Origin: Hydrolagus affinis
Taxonomy: Eukaryota
DNA: 64,000 nt
Direction of reading: 5' to 3'
Assembly: GCA_012026655.1 (NCBI GenBank)
Contig: JAAILG010001175.1
Span: 1 to 64,000 of the forward strand
Below are positions 13,858 to 25,495 of this stretch, in pieces. The first letter of the stretch is position 1. Each line of letters opens with the position of its first letter. Both the position numbers and the translations under genes were made by a program. Below the pieces are notes generated by a model. The model was not told the origin of the DNA. It worked only from the letters and a program-made list of their open reading frames with translations, and did no database searches.

Positions 13858-16166
13858 AGTGTTCTGCAGCTGAGGTTGTGAGCTGGGCTTAAGAGACGAG
13901 TTCCCCCCCAAAAAAAATCCAGGGTTTTTCTTTTGTCAATCGGATTAATGAAATAACTGCCGGACGTCTCCTGCCGGATGGAATGGCAATGAAGAGATCT
14001 GGCTGCATGGAAATAATAAACCTGGCGCGGTGCTGTATCTGGATGTTTGTCAATGAAGTCAAAGTCCTAAGATGCCGGGAGGCCTTTAACAAATGAATGT
14101 TGACAAGTAACTGCGACGGTGATGGACTGTGTTGACGTTTCGAGCTGCGTGCACAGCTGCTTCATTTCCACATTCAGACACAATGTGTTCGGCCTCTTAA
14201 CCAAGTCACTGGGTCACGGCGAAGCCTTTCGACCCCCCCGGCCCCCTACCTGCCCCCACCCCCCGAGTGTTTGCACAGATAGCTGCAGGAAGCTGCTCGA
14301 GTTAAACGCGGGATCTGGGAAGATAATGTAATTGCAGCTCTTTTGTAAAGCAATTGGGCTAAAAGCCCTAATTCAAACCAAGCTCTGCCTGTAAATATTG
14401 AGATATTTAACCCTCCAAGGCCCAGGATAATGTGTCTATAATTTCCCTTCCAAGATGTAGCATCTTTCCTATTAATATTGACGGTAATCCACTTTGTGCA
14501 AGTTTGCCTTTTTAGATTTATTGGGCTATTATCCCCTAATTGTGCAAGTACTGGAATATCTGGGGACTGTCAGCGGTTTTAACTTGATATCCTTAATCTG
14601 ATGCCCCTCTCTCTGTGTTTCTCTCTTTCTCTCTCTCTCTCCCTCTCTCACCTCATGAAAAATGAGTTGTAGAGCAAGTGCATTGATTTTTTCGTTGCAT
14701 ATGCTGAGAAACATCTGTGGTGCTCAGTCCATTAAGGAACACGCACTGTATTGTACTGGTGCAATTGCAGGCTTTAAAAATCCAATAACTGATCTCCCCT
14801 GATGGTGCAGTGAGTAAAGGTGTTGCTGACACATTACACAGGTCACAGATTTGACTGTGCTGCCTTGATGTCTCCCCTACCGTCATTCACTGTCTCTCTC
14901 CCTCTGGGCTCACACTTAATAATATTCCTTGTTTGGGAATATGGCTCAAAGCACTTCATCACAAGATTTACTGTAAAGTGTAGTGACTGTGTATTTGTGG
15001 GTGAACCCAGCAGCATGTTTGTGCATGTCTACGACGAACTACAAGAGTCGTGAGCAATTTTATTTGGGGGATTGTTGGCCGGGACACTGGAAGAAACTGT
15101 TCTTTTGGATTGATGGCATGTTTTACATCATTTACGTTGGCCTGAACAGAACTGTAAGGGGAATGGGCGGGGGAAGGAAGGGAAGGATTGAGAATGAATG
15201 TAGGAGGCCTGAAAGTGTTATGCAAAAGAGAGAGAGAGAGTGAAAGACACTGGCAGTGTAACTGGGGAAGAGCAGAGGGTTAAGAGAAAAAGGGAGAGAG
15301 TTGTAATGTGACCATAGCTTGAGTCACAGCATGAGTGTCATCATGAGGGTCATCATGAACAGAGAGGATGGGGAGAGAGAGTGAGATACAGTGTGATCAG
15401 TCCCAGTAACTGGGTACAAGCAGAGTAGTGATGATGTACAGATCACCAGCGATGAGACCACACAATGGGGAGTTGACAATGTGTCCAAACGCATTCTTGT
15501 GATTATTGAGGACAGAAAATCCATGTTGTGAAAAACATAATCCACAACCATTGTTACTCTTGCTGTTTAGAGCAGCTATAACTGGGAGACAAGCAACAGC
15601 AGGTTCCTGTTTGCCAATGTTTGCAGGTTTCCATTGATTATTGAATGACATTTGCCTAATGCTTTTTTGCTGTTGCTTGTTTCCCAGTTAATTCAGTCAA
15701 TAAGTTATTTGAGGAAAATGGCTCACTTTTCTGGCCAGTTGTTCCATATTGAATGCATAAATGTATTTATTCAGCAAACAAAAGTGCAGCGACAAAGAAG
15801 GGAGGCAGGCCACTGTATTACCCCACCCCGCATCCCTTGTAAACCATTCAAACAAACAGGGATAATTCTGCGCTGGGCAACCATGACGCAGAACAAGGAA
15901 ACCTGGAGCCAGATGTACTCAATTCCATCCCAGGTCTACACTGGGTTGGTGGGTTGGTTAGAGCTGAGCACTGCAATTGGCTTTGGGCTAAGACCAGGGC
16001 TAATTCACCAATGTTCCTGATCATGAACACTGCCTGCTAACTCCTCTGGAATGGAGTCTGGACATTAGATGAGGCAGCTCCGGAGCCTTGGTTTTCATCA
16101 ATCTATGCTTGGGTTAGGTGGGCAAGATACGTCCTGTGCGGAAAGAGGTGGCACTCCATTCCATTT

Positions 16167-16478
16167 GCAGTCCTGTAGTTTAGTGGTTAGAGCATTCGCC
16201 TCACAAGTGAGAGCACCTAGGTTTGATTCCCGGCAAGGTGAAGCGTTGGGCACATTTCCATACTTCACATGTCTCTGTTTACCGAGCAATAAGTAGTTAG
16301 TCAATTGGTGGATCACTTTTCCAAGGGTAATAATTCCTTCAAAATAAATACTAAATAATTTGGTCACTCAATTCACGAATTTGCAAGACACTGCTGTGGG
16401 CAATTGGTTGCCATGTTTCACCCCAAAAATCTCCATCAATTCACTGTATAGTATATTCTGTGAAGCACCTGAGATGCC
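16167..16478 (+). mobile_element. SINE family A, long form
   Basis: AGTCCTGTAGTTTAGTGGTTAGAGCATTCGCC head, GGTTTGATTCC B box, CORE-like segment, Deu-like body; tail truncated. Confidence 0.82.
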
Positions 16479-19459
16479 TTGTTATTCCCGACACAGAAAT
16501 TTCCACATATGAGTTTAAGCATGGTGATGGGTTTCTGTGTGTCTCCAAGAACTTAGCTAAAAAAATAATGCTTGATATGCTCGCCTAATATGCATACATG
16601 TGGTTTACAGCAATAATGTCTGAACGAACTCCTTCTGCAACCCTGCTTTGTTGACTCACTGGCTGAGAACAGCTATAACTGAGAATAGCTCATCATTCAG
16701 ACGTCTCAAAGCACTTCTAAGAATGTACTTTAAAGTGAGTTGATTGCATATTTTGTGGGTGAAAATATGGCAGCCGATTGCGCACAACCATGTTCCACAA
16801 CCACAGTGGATTCTTTCTTGAAGGGATTATTATCCCCTTATTATTGTATTATTTATTCTTCAATTTTAGAACCAAAGGGCGACCGAGCCCCGTTAATGTT
16901 AAATTAATAAGCCATGCTTTTCCAAAGAGATTTACATCACCAATTGAGGTGATGTAAATGGTTCAAGCTTGCTACATTCCATAAAGCTTTCACTGTGTTA
17001 ATTAACATTTTTTTTAAAAAAGGCAACCTTGCGCGGTTTGAACACGTTTAAAAAGGTCACATGCCCGTGCTAGTTTACACCTAAAACGCATTGTGAAATG
17101 CTGCAAACTCTTGTTAATTTGAGCATGGAATGCAGTATAAAATGATGCAAGTTTGGGTTAATTTGCACAAGGAACATGTTGTGAAACAGTGCAAAGTTGT
17201 GTCCAGGGAATGCGTTACAAACTGCCCACTGCGTTACATCAGTGTAGATGCAAACTTACTGGAGCATATGTTGTATAAACAATTTTCCCATAAGTATTCG
17301 ATCCGCAACATTCAGCCTCCAATTTAATTTAGAATTCCTGCTGTTTTTATGCATGATGACTAATTTAGACCATAGATGCCTTGAGGGGTAAATGGTGTTA
17401 GTGAGGGATGAGTGGGTGGAGGGTGGGGGGAGGCACTGTGTATTCCTTGATAAAAAAGTGAATTATTTTCAGTTTAATCTTTGCTCTGCTTTTTTCAAAA
17501 ACTATTTTCCTCCGTCCCTTCCCCCTCATTTCCTGTGTCTTTTCCCATTCTGCCCGGGTCTCGGTTCATGTGTTTCAGAATGTTGATGGCTTTGAGCCGT
17601 GCGTGCAATATGGTTGATGTAATCCCAGCAATAAATCACTGTGGATTAAGGCGCTCGCAGATGTCTGAAATGGTGCAGGATAATGTGACAGGGACTGAGG
17701 AATCCCGGGAACAGGAATAACTAAGGTGCTTCTTCCCTGTCAGCTGAGAAGCCAGGGGCAGGAGAAAGAGAGGAGAAGGGAAAATTAAAGACAAAACACT
17801 TTCTCAAACTGTTCCAAGCTCTGTTGCCAAGAGTTTTAAAGTTTTTTAAAAAAAATAATAGAAAGTGGACTGACTGAAATTTTTTTTTGCTGCCTGGCAA
17901 ACCAGAGCACTTCACATGAAGAATTGCTTGTGTGTGTGCTGATAGTTATAGTCTAGCTCTCAGCCTGGCAGGAATCCTGATTTGTTTTATAACTATATAA
18001 TAATAATACTTTAATAGAACTCCTTATCACATTGTTGAGATGTCTCAAATCGCTTCAAAGGACACAACAACAACTTGCATTTACTGTATATAGTGCACCT
18101 CACGCAGGGTAGCAACTCGGAGGGCTTGACAGTGGCGGAACCTGATATTTTGTGAAGTGGATTGATTGTATATTTGGCACCAATCTGACCAACTGACAAA
18201 TCTTGCGAACTGCAGAGATTTTCTGCCTACAAAATGTTCGCACAGACTCTGAGGTTGCTGAAAGTCAGTTTGAGCTCTCAAAAGCTGAGGATTTTTTGTG
18301 CAAACGAGGAAGAAAAGTGCCTTTTTGTACAGGTTTGTGGATCGAACGCTCAGGCTAGGATACACCGGGGAGGTCATATGATCCTTTGGCTGAAATCCAA
18401 ACAAAACAGGGTGGAAACATGAGGAGTATTGATGGAGATCCTGGGTCTGTTTGATTTTTTTTGTAAAATGACATAAAATGAATCAAACGGCAGTAAAAAT
18501 GACAAATGTAACAAACAGCCACGTTTAATGGCTCTCTCATTGATAATGCTGCAGGATGCAAAACGTGCAGGGTTTTGACCTTCGGAATACCAGATTCCCT
18601 TTGATGCCTGCAAATGTACAGATCTTTCTCGCTCGCATGTGCTGGGCATTCATAGTATGTGGGGAGGGGGTGGAGGTGAGGGACAACTTGTGCTATTTCT
18701 CAACTCAATTCTTTAACATGCGATGAGTCATGAATTCTGAGCGTTGCATCTCTTTTCTCTATCACAAACCCCCTCATACCCCCCATTTTCCACACCTCAT
18801 GGAACTCTTCTCCGACCTGATCCAACTCCAGAAGAGGTTCCCTAAAGGACCACCATTCAGAAATACCATCAATTATACCCCACTAACCCAAATGGATATG
18901 TGTGTTTTACTCTTAAAAAAAAACTCCTGAGCTCCAACTTGATTCAAATTCAACCAATATCATGCACAAAAGCATCTTATGCATGTTCAGTTTCAAATGT
19001 AATGTAAATCAGCATTGTTATTAGCTGCGAAGTTAATGACAGAACCCTGACTCTGGTCCTGTCTTAAGCAGGTTGTCAAATTCCCACTTCTTCTGCTCAA
19101 GGCGATATAGGTTTTCCCTTCACCTCGCTCTTGATAAAGATCCTTGATGACCAGCCTCAATGTAATGGAAGGATTAGCTTGAGAGTGTCACTGCTGGTTA
19201 TCTCTCAAAGTTAGTGTTTGCTTTATACTGAGCTGTAATGTAAAACAATTCATTTCCTTGGCAGAGTTGGTGCCTCGGTGGTTAACATACTGAGGCTTAA
19301 AATGCCCAATTTCAAAGGAGATTTCTTAATTAAGGAATCCAGGTATTCAGAAGTAAGTATCACTGACTCACATTGATGGTTTTTTGATGGAATTATGGGT
19401 AAAAGAGATTGGGACATGCATGAAATAAGGAGAGATGGCTAACATTTGACATTAATAAT

Positions 19460-19800
19460 CTGTCATCTTTAATGACACCTTATCAAACCATCTCATAGGA
19501 TTTTACTGGGAATTATAGAGACTGCATTTGTAGGCAAACACTACAGCCAATTTGTGCACAGCAGTGTCCCACAAACAGCCAGAAAGTGAAATATCAATTT
19601 TCACTTGGGGAATTGTTGTTCCAGACACCAGAAGGAACTGCTTTCTTTTTTGAATAGTGCCACGGGATCTTTAACATCCACCTGAACAGGCAGACAAGGC
19701 CTCAGTTTAACATTTCATCCAAAGAACCGTACCTCCAGCAATGCAACATATCCCCAGCACTATATTGGAGTGTTAGCTTAGACTATATGAGTTCCAAGCC
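19460..19800 (-). mobile_element. DeuSINE-type family B copy
   Basis: Reverse complement of the Deu body (GAATAGTGCCACGGGATCTTTAACATCCACCTGAACAGGCAGAC). Confidence 0.75.
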
Positions 19801-20323
19801 AATTTAATTAAAAAACCCATTCTGTGGGGTGAAGGATTCCCTTGGATACTTTCTCTATTAAAGATCCATGACTAATGAGAAGAGGCCAGAGTCTGTTACT
19901 GGTGCCTCCTAAGTCTATTGGCAATCTTCCATTTTTCTATTGTACCAGCTTTGAAGATAAGTTTAATGGTGTATTTAGGTCCATTCAAACAATCATTCCA
20001 TAGAGCAAGTGACTGAATCCCCTGCTGGTCTGGAGGCCCTTGAGCACCAATTATAAAAGGGAATGTGTCTCCTTCCATAAGAGTTGATATCCAAAGCTAT
20101 TACACCACATACATAAATGGCTTACAGTGAAGATTCTGATTTAACTCATAAGGTGAATTTCTTTACTTGTGCCTCAGTGAGACACTGTAATGTTTCAGTC
20201 TGGTAGCTTTTGGCGGTGACCATATGACAGTGAAATTATGAGCTTAATAATAATAATCCTTGTGTTTTCTCCCGACGTGAGAGGCACTCTATAAATGTAA
20301 TTTTGTTGTTGGTGGTGGTGTTG

Positions 20324-20660
20324 TTGCATTTGATATAGCACCTTATCACGTCATTGAGACATCTCAAAGTGATGCACACAATATACTGTAAAGTGGATTG
20401 ACGATGTATTTTGTGGGCAAAATGCTCAGAAGTCTCTCACAAACAGTTGTGGATTGAATGACCCATTTTTTTTGTTGATGGTTTATTAAAACTGCTAAAC
20501 AATCTGCTGAGCAACTAACAACCAGGTTATTACTTACTGCTAGGTAAACACAAATGTGTGGAGTAAGGAAACTTGCCTAAGGTTTCAACCCAACCTGGAA
20601 TCAAACTCGGGTCCTCTAGCTTGTGAGGTGAGAGTGTTAACTACTTACGCTACGAGACTT
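20324..20660 (-). mobile_element. SINE family A, long form
   Basis: Tail, body, the internal CTACTTACTGCTAGGTAAAC-type segment and a diverged tRNA head. Confidence 0.8.
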
Positions 20661-21504
20661 CATGGGAGTTTGAGTCCCAGGGCTGCTGCCTGGTGATGCA
20701 TTTTGCCACTTCTTATCACCTATGTTGTTTGTTTGGCATATCAGCATAAGGGAGGGTATTGGCAATGGTCTGCCTTCCTTCCTCTAACTGGTGTGCTGTG
20801 TACATAGTGCTGGTCACTGCGACATTGGGTGACTGCCCAGGCCTTGGCTTCAGTGTAGAGGAAAACAGTGAGTACAATCCCCAATGGTTTGTGAAATTAA
20901 CTGTAAAAGGCATGATTAGATCAGCTGGGGCTCCTCAGCCTTGTGTTGAGACAGCATCTCAGTTGGGACCTTATAGAGTTATCTATGTAAGATGCTCAAT
21001 GGGATTGAGCAAACCCAAAAGATTAATTTCAGATAAACCAAGACAGAAAGACAAGCGGTCACAGGTTCAGGGTTGGAGAAGGAGAAGGAGATCAAATAGG
21101 CTTCATCCAAACATCGCTGATGATCTTACAGCTCTTGTCCTTATTCTGTGCTTCATTTGACTTTATTTTATCTCAGTCTTGTCCAGTGGCTTTGATTTTT
21201 ATTTTAGTCTTGTTTCCTCCAAAATGGGTGGTTAACTGATTAAGCCTCAAAAGTTTCTGGGGTAAGGTTAGCTTGAAGTAAACTTCCAGGTCTTTAAGCC
21301 CTCCGAGACGCCAACCTGCGTGAAGGGTGCTATATAAATACAAATTGTTGTTGTTACCCGATGGGTAAAAAGAGGGCATAACCTCCTCCATGTAGGACAA
21401 AGACAGGCAGACCCGAAAGCTGTAATTTAAATTCTAGTCTGTTGTGAACTGCTCACGCGTTGCCTCGTGTGAAGGATGCTACCTAAATACAAACTACTGT
21501 CATT

Positions 21505-21850
21505 GAGTTAGCTGGGGCAGCTATTTGGGTGCTGCAGCATATAATTTGGCTTCAATATAATTGGGTTGGAGAGGGGGAAAATCAGCCAGTTCTCCTGCCC
21601 TTTCAGCCTTACAATCCATAATGCCTTAACATCTAAGATTTTCCACAATTTTAAAAGGGTGGATGGTGGGGGAGCAATATACGTGTGGATGTTGGAGGAT
21701 GAGATTGGCCTTCTAAGTGACTTCCCCTCCCTCGGGTGAGGTCGAACAATCTGTTGACCCTCCTTGTCGAGGTTTGCACATGAATAATGGCCATATGGGA
21801 GAGGCACTGCAGGGCACCAGGTGCCTGTGCAACTGAACCCGGGAGAGTGA
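21505..21850 (+). mobile_element. Ancient SINE remnant resembling AmnSINE2 (family C)
   Basis: GAGTTAGCTGGGGCAGC...GAGGGGGAAAATCAGCCAG...CACATGAATAATGGCCATATGGGAGAGGCACTGCAGGG. Related pieces at about 7892-7995, 8755-8930, 52330-52420 and 60290-60500(-). Named from memory of the consensus. Confidence 0.5.
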
Positions 21851-22724
21851 TGGAAACTGGCCTTATTTATTTTAAAATGCGAGCCGGTTCAGTGCTGGTG
21901 TCAAGATCAGGTTGGGGACCAGAATAGACTGTGTACTCAGCTGGAAGGGAATGCGAGTAAGCCAAGGATAGAGAGAAAAATAAACTTTTTGTTTTTTCTC
22001 TCTAACTTCGTAGCTCAGCTCATAACATCACAGACATTTACAGCACTGGAAAAAAACCAATTTGCCCATTGTGTCTATGCTAGCTCCTTTAAGAACAATC
22101 CTTAAAGTACCATCTACCTGCTTTCTCCCTCATACTCCTGTATGCCCACCACCATCACAACAAACTGAATGAAGTGCTCTCTGAGAGGCTGTTTTGTTTT
22201 GTGTGACACTTGGAGTCTGGAGTTTAGTACTGAGTTTAGCTACTTTGAAAGCCAAGTCAGTTTGCAGGCTTATAAATTGCATGCTGGGCATTTAGTTTCT
22301 CATCCACAGTTATATCCTCTTTAACTATACAGCTCATTCTATGCCTCAAACCTACTCCATTGCAGGCCTGTGGTTTCCCTTGATGTACAGTAATCAGCCA
22401 GACTCTGACCAAACGCACATCCTCCCTGTAATACAATCTATTTTCCAGATGCACATCTGTAGTGTAATAAAAGTTCACCGTGAGGAAGAATGGATTTGGG
22501 ACTGCAGCTGGTTCTCTCTACAGTGCATGGATAGTTTCCCCTCCCTCCTCCCCCCATCAGGGACTGGCAGTGTAGCTTGTTTGTAACTCCAATAGTTAAA
22601 TGGTTTCTCAGTTGCAATTGTACAAATGCTGCTCATACCGATAGATTCAATTCTGCTTCCTTGTTCACTGTACTGGAATTGGGAGTCTATTGAACATTGA
22701 GCACCAGGCAAAAAAGGATGAGAG

Positions 22725-23105
22725 GTTCTCTTGTTGTGGATTCAAAGCCCAAGTCAGGAGTTGGAACTCTTATAGTCTAGGCTGACGCTGCAACCCACTG
22801 CTGGGGGTGTTCTGTATTGCTGGAGTCGCATCTCTGAGATGAGACATTAATGTGAGATTGAATCCTTCGGTCAGGTGGACGTTAATTATCCTCTGACACG
22901 ACTTGAACAGAGTAAAGAGTTTCTCCTGGTATTCTGGCCAACAATCCCCCAAATAAGATCAGTCATTCACTTCATGCTTGCTTGCAGGATACTGCTGTGC
23001 GCAAACTGGCTGGGGCGTTCAACCCCTAAAACAGTTGCTGTGCTTTACAGTGCATCCTGTGAAGCACTTTGAAGCACCCTCCCGATGTGAAAGGCTTAAT
23101 ATCAA
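22725..23105 (+). mobile_element. DeuSINE-type family B copy, tail-to-tail with the family A copy at 23106
   Basis: TTGTGGATTCAAAGCCC...GAGATGAGACATTAA...CAGGTGGACGTTAA...GCTGTGCGCAAACTGGCTG...GTGAAAGGC. Confidence 0.75.
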
Positions 23106-23419
23106 ATAATACTAATAATCCTTGCATTTGGTATAGTGCTTTGCACGTCTTCTAGATGTCTGAAAGAGCTTCACGGAATACACTGGAAAGTGAATTGACT
23201 GTAAATTTGTGGGTGAAATGCGGTAGCCAGTGGCACATAGCAGTGTCCCACAAACAGTTATGGATCAAAGTGATCAAGTTTATTATTGGGTTTTTTCTTG
23301 AGGAATTATTATCAGGTGTGTGGTGTGAGGAAACTTGCCTAAGTTTTCGCTCTGCCAGAAATTTAACCCAGGTCTCTCGCTTGTGAGGCGAGTGCTTTAC
23401 CAGTGAGCTGCCGGACTCC
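23106..23419 (-). mobile_element. SINE family A, short form, full length
   Basis: Colinear with 3606-3894; head ends at GGACTCC 23419. Confidence 0.88.
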
Positions 23420-25189
23420 TAGGATTCCTAGGAGAACTGGAAGGATCGTTATTATTATTATCTCCTCTCACCCTGGATGATTTTGCTCAACATCAGACCT
23501 TGTCGCAGACAGCGCTCTGAAACGTTAAAAAATATGTGGAAGCCTATATGAATGCAGGCTGTGGTGGTGTCCTACAATTCTCTGAAAATGTTAAACCGCG
23601 AGTGAGTAAAAGTGCTTTTTTTTCCAATATAAAGCTGCTTTTCAGGAATCACACAAAGGGCATGTTGTAGTAGAGAGCCTCATGAAGAGGATGACTGTAT
23701 TTTAATTTTAAACTCTGTGACGCAAAATATCAAGAGAAATAAAAATCCAATTTTTAAAAACATTTGCCTGGCACCGTCTGTAATGATGGGAGGATTCCTC
23801 CTGGTTTTCTTTTTCTTGGACTAAAGTAATAACCCTCCAAATAATCCCAATTTTTTAAAAAATAATTTTCAGTTGGAAAATGACTGGTTGGCTGATAATA
23901 TTTATTCTCCCTTACAAATCAAATGTCCTATGACAGAGAATTAATTCTCTCTGGTCAATAACAGGACTTGACTTATCCAGTCAATCTCAATTACAAGCTG
24001 GCCGGTCCGGACGTCTCCTCCATGGATAAGACAAAAACTCACAATGCAATTAAAACCAGTATTAAAGGGAAAGTGTTGCTATAGTAACGAGACTCCTAAG
24101 GCACTTGCACCATGGGTGGAAAATACGATCCTGTCTTTGTTTGTGCTCCAGTGCTACAAATGTACGTTTTTTTCCCCCCATTTCAATATAAATACAATCC
24201 CAAATGGTGAAGTTTGCCAACGTTGATGCATACTTATAATAATAATCCATCTCATTGATAATTAGAATCAATAATAATGATAACCATGCATTTAACAGCG
24301 TATTATGCCTTTGACGCAATAGATGCTATCAATCAAATAAAAATGTTTAAATCGTTGCATTTGATTCATGTCAGCAGGATGATCTGAAGTGCTTCACGGG
24401 ATTTACATTCTCGTGTAGTGACTGTACATTTTGCAGGCAAAATACAAAGACTGTTTGTTATATGGCTGGAGTTGAGATTAATTTACTGCCTACTGTGAGT
24501 CCTCAATCATGCCAATCCTTTACTGTTATCAACCCTTTAAAAAATAGACATTTGGCTTAATCCATTGAAACTATAAGATCATAGATAGCAGCAACATGGG
24601 ATTTTCATGGTTGCGTAGTTCAAAATAAATTGAAGTGGACATTACTCTCAACTAAATTAGACCCTTGGGGTTGAGAGAGAACAATAGGAAGGTCTCCTAA
24701 GAGTTTACTTTACTGCAGTTCAGATAAATGCATATTAATAATCTAAGTATTGACTTCATATGTAGCTCTTAAAAAAAATCAGGGGACATCTGGGTCTAAT
24801 TACGCTGTTTCATAGTGTGTCCTGGTATGGTTTTACGCAGGATTTAAAATACTGTGGTAAAGCAGGTTGGGCTGACCTTCACTACACTGGTTCATCAGCA
24901 GGAGGCTTGGGAGACCGGAGCCATTCTGATCCTTTGAGTAACTGAGGGGGTGTGCCAATGTCCAGAGGTTACTTTCTCCAGCTTTTTATGAATGAAACCT
25001 ATGATCAGTGGTAAGCGCGGGGGATTTGGATCCATTATGAGGGGTGGTAAACCTGAACGAAAAGTGCAGCGTTGGCAGACCCCGATTTAGCTAAAGCTGC
25101 TTGTGAAGGGTTTGAATTAATGGAGCAGCGAGAGTCTTATGCATATTCAGCAGACGAGTGAAAATGATTTTTAAGGATAAAATGTAATA

Positions 25190-25495
25190 AATAATAATAA
25201 TAATCCTTGCATTTGATATACGCCTTATTGCATCATTGAAACATCTCAAAGCGCTTCACATAATATACTGGTAAATTGAATTGACTATATTTTGTGGTCA
25301 AAACATGGCAGTCAATTGCACAGAGAAGTGTTCCACAAACAGTTGTGGATTGAGGAATAAAATTATAATTTTTTTTATATAGTGATTGTTACTCCTGCAA
25401 AGTGATCTGCCGATCGACTAACAGCCGAGTTTCTACTTACTGCTAGATAAACAGGCAAGTCGAGTAAGGAAAATTGCCTAAGGTCTCGCCCTAAT
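25190..25495 (-). mobile_element. SINE family A, long form, lacking the tRNA head
   Basis: (AAT)n tail, body and internal segment through GAGTAAGGAAAATTGCCTAAGG. Confidence 0.8.
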
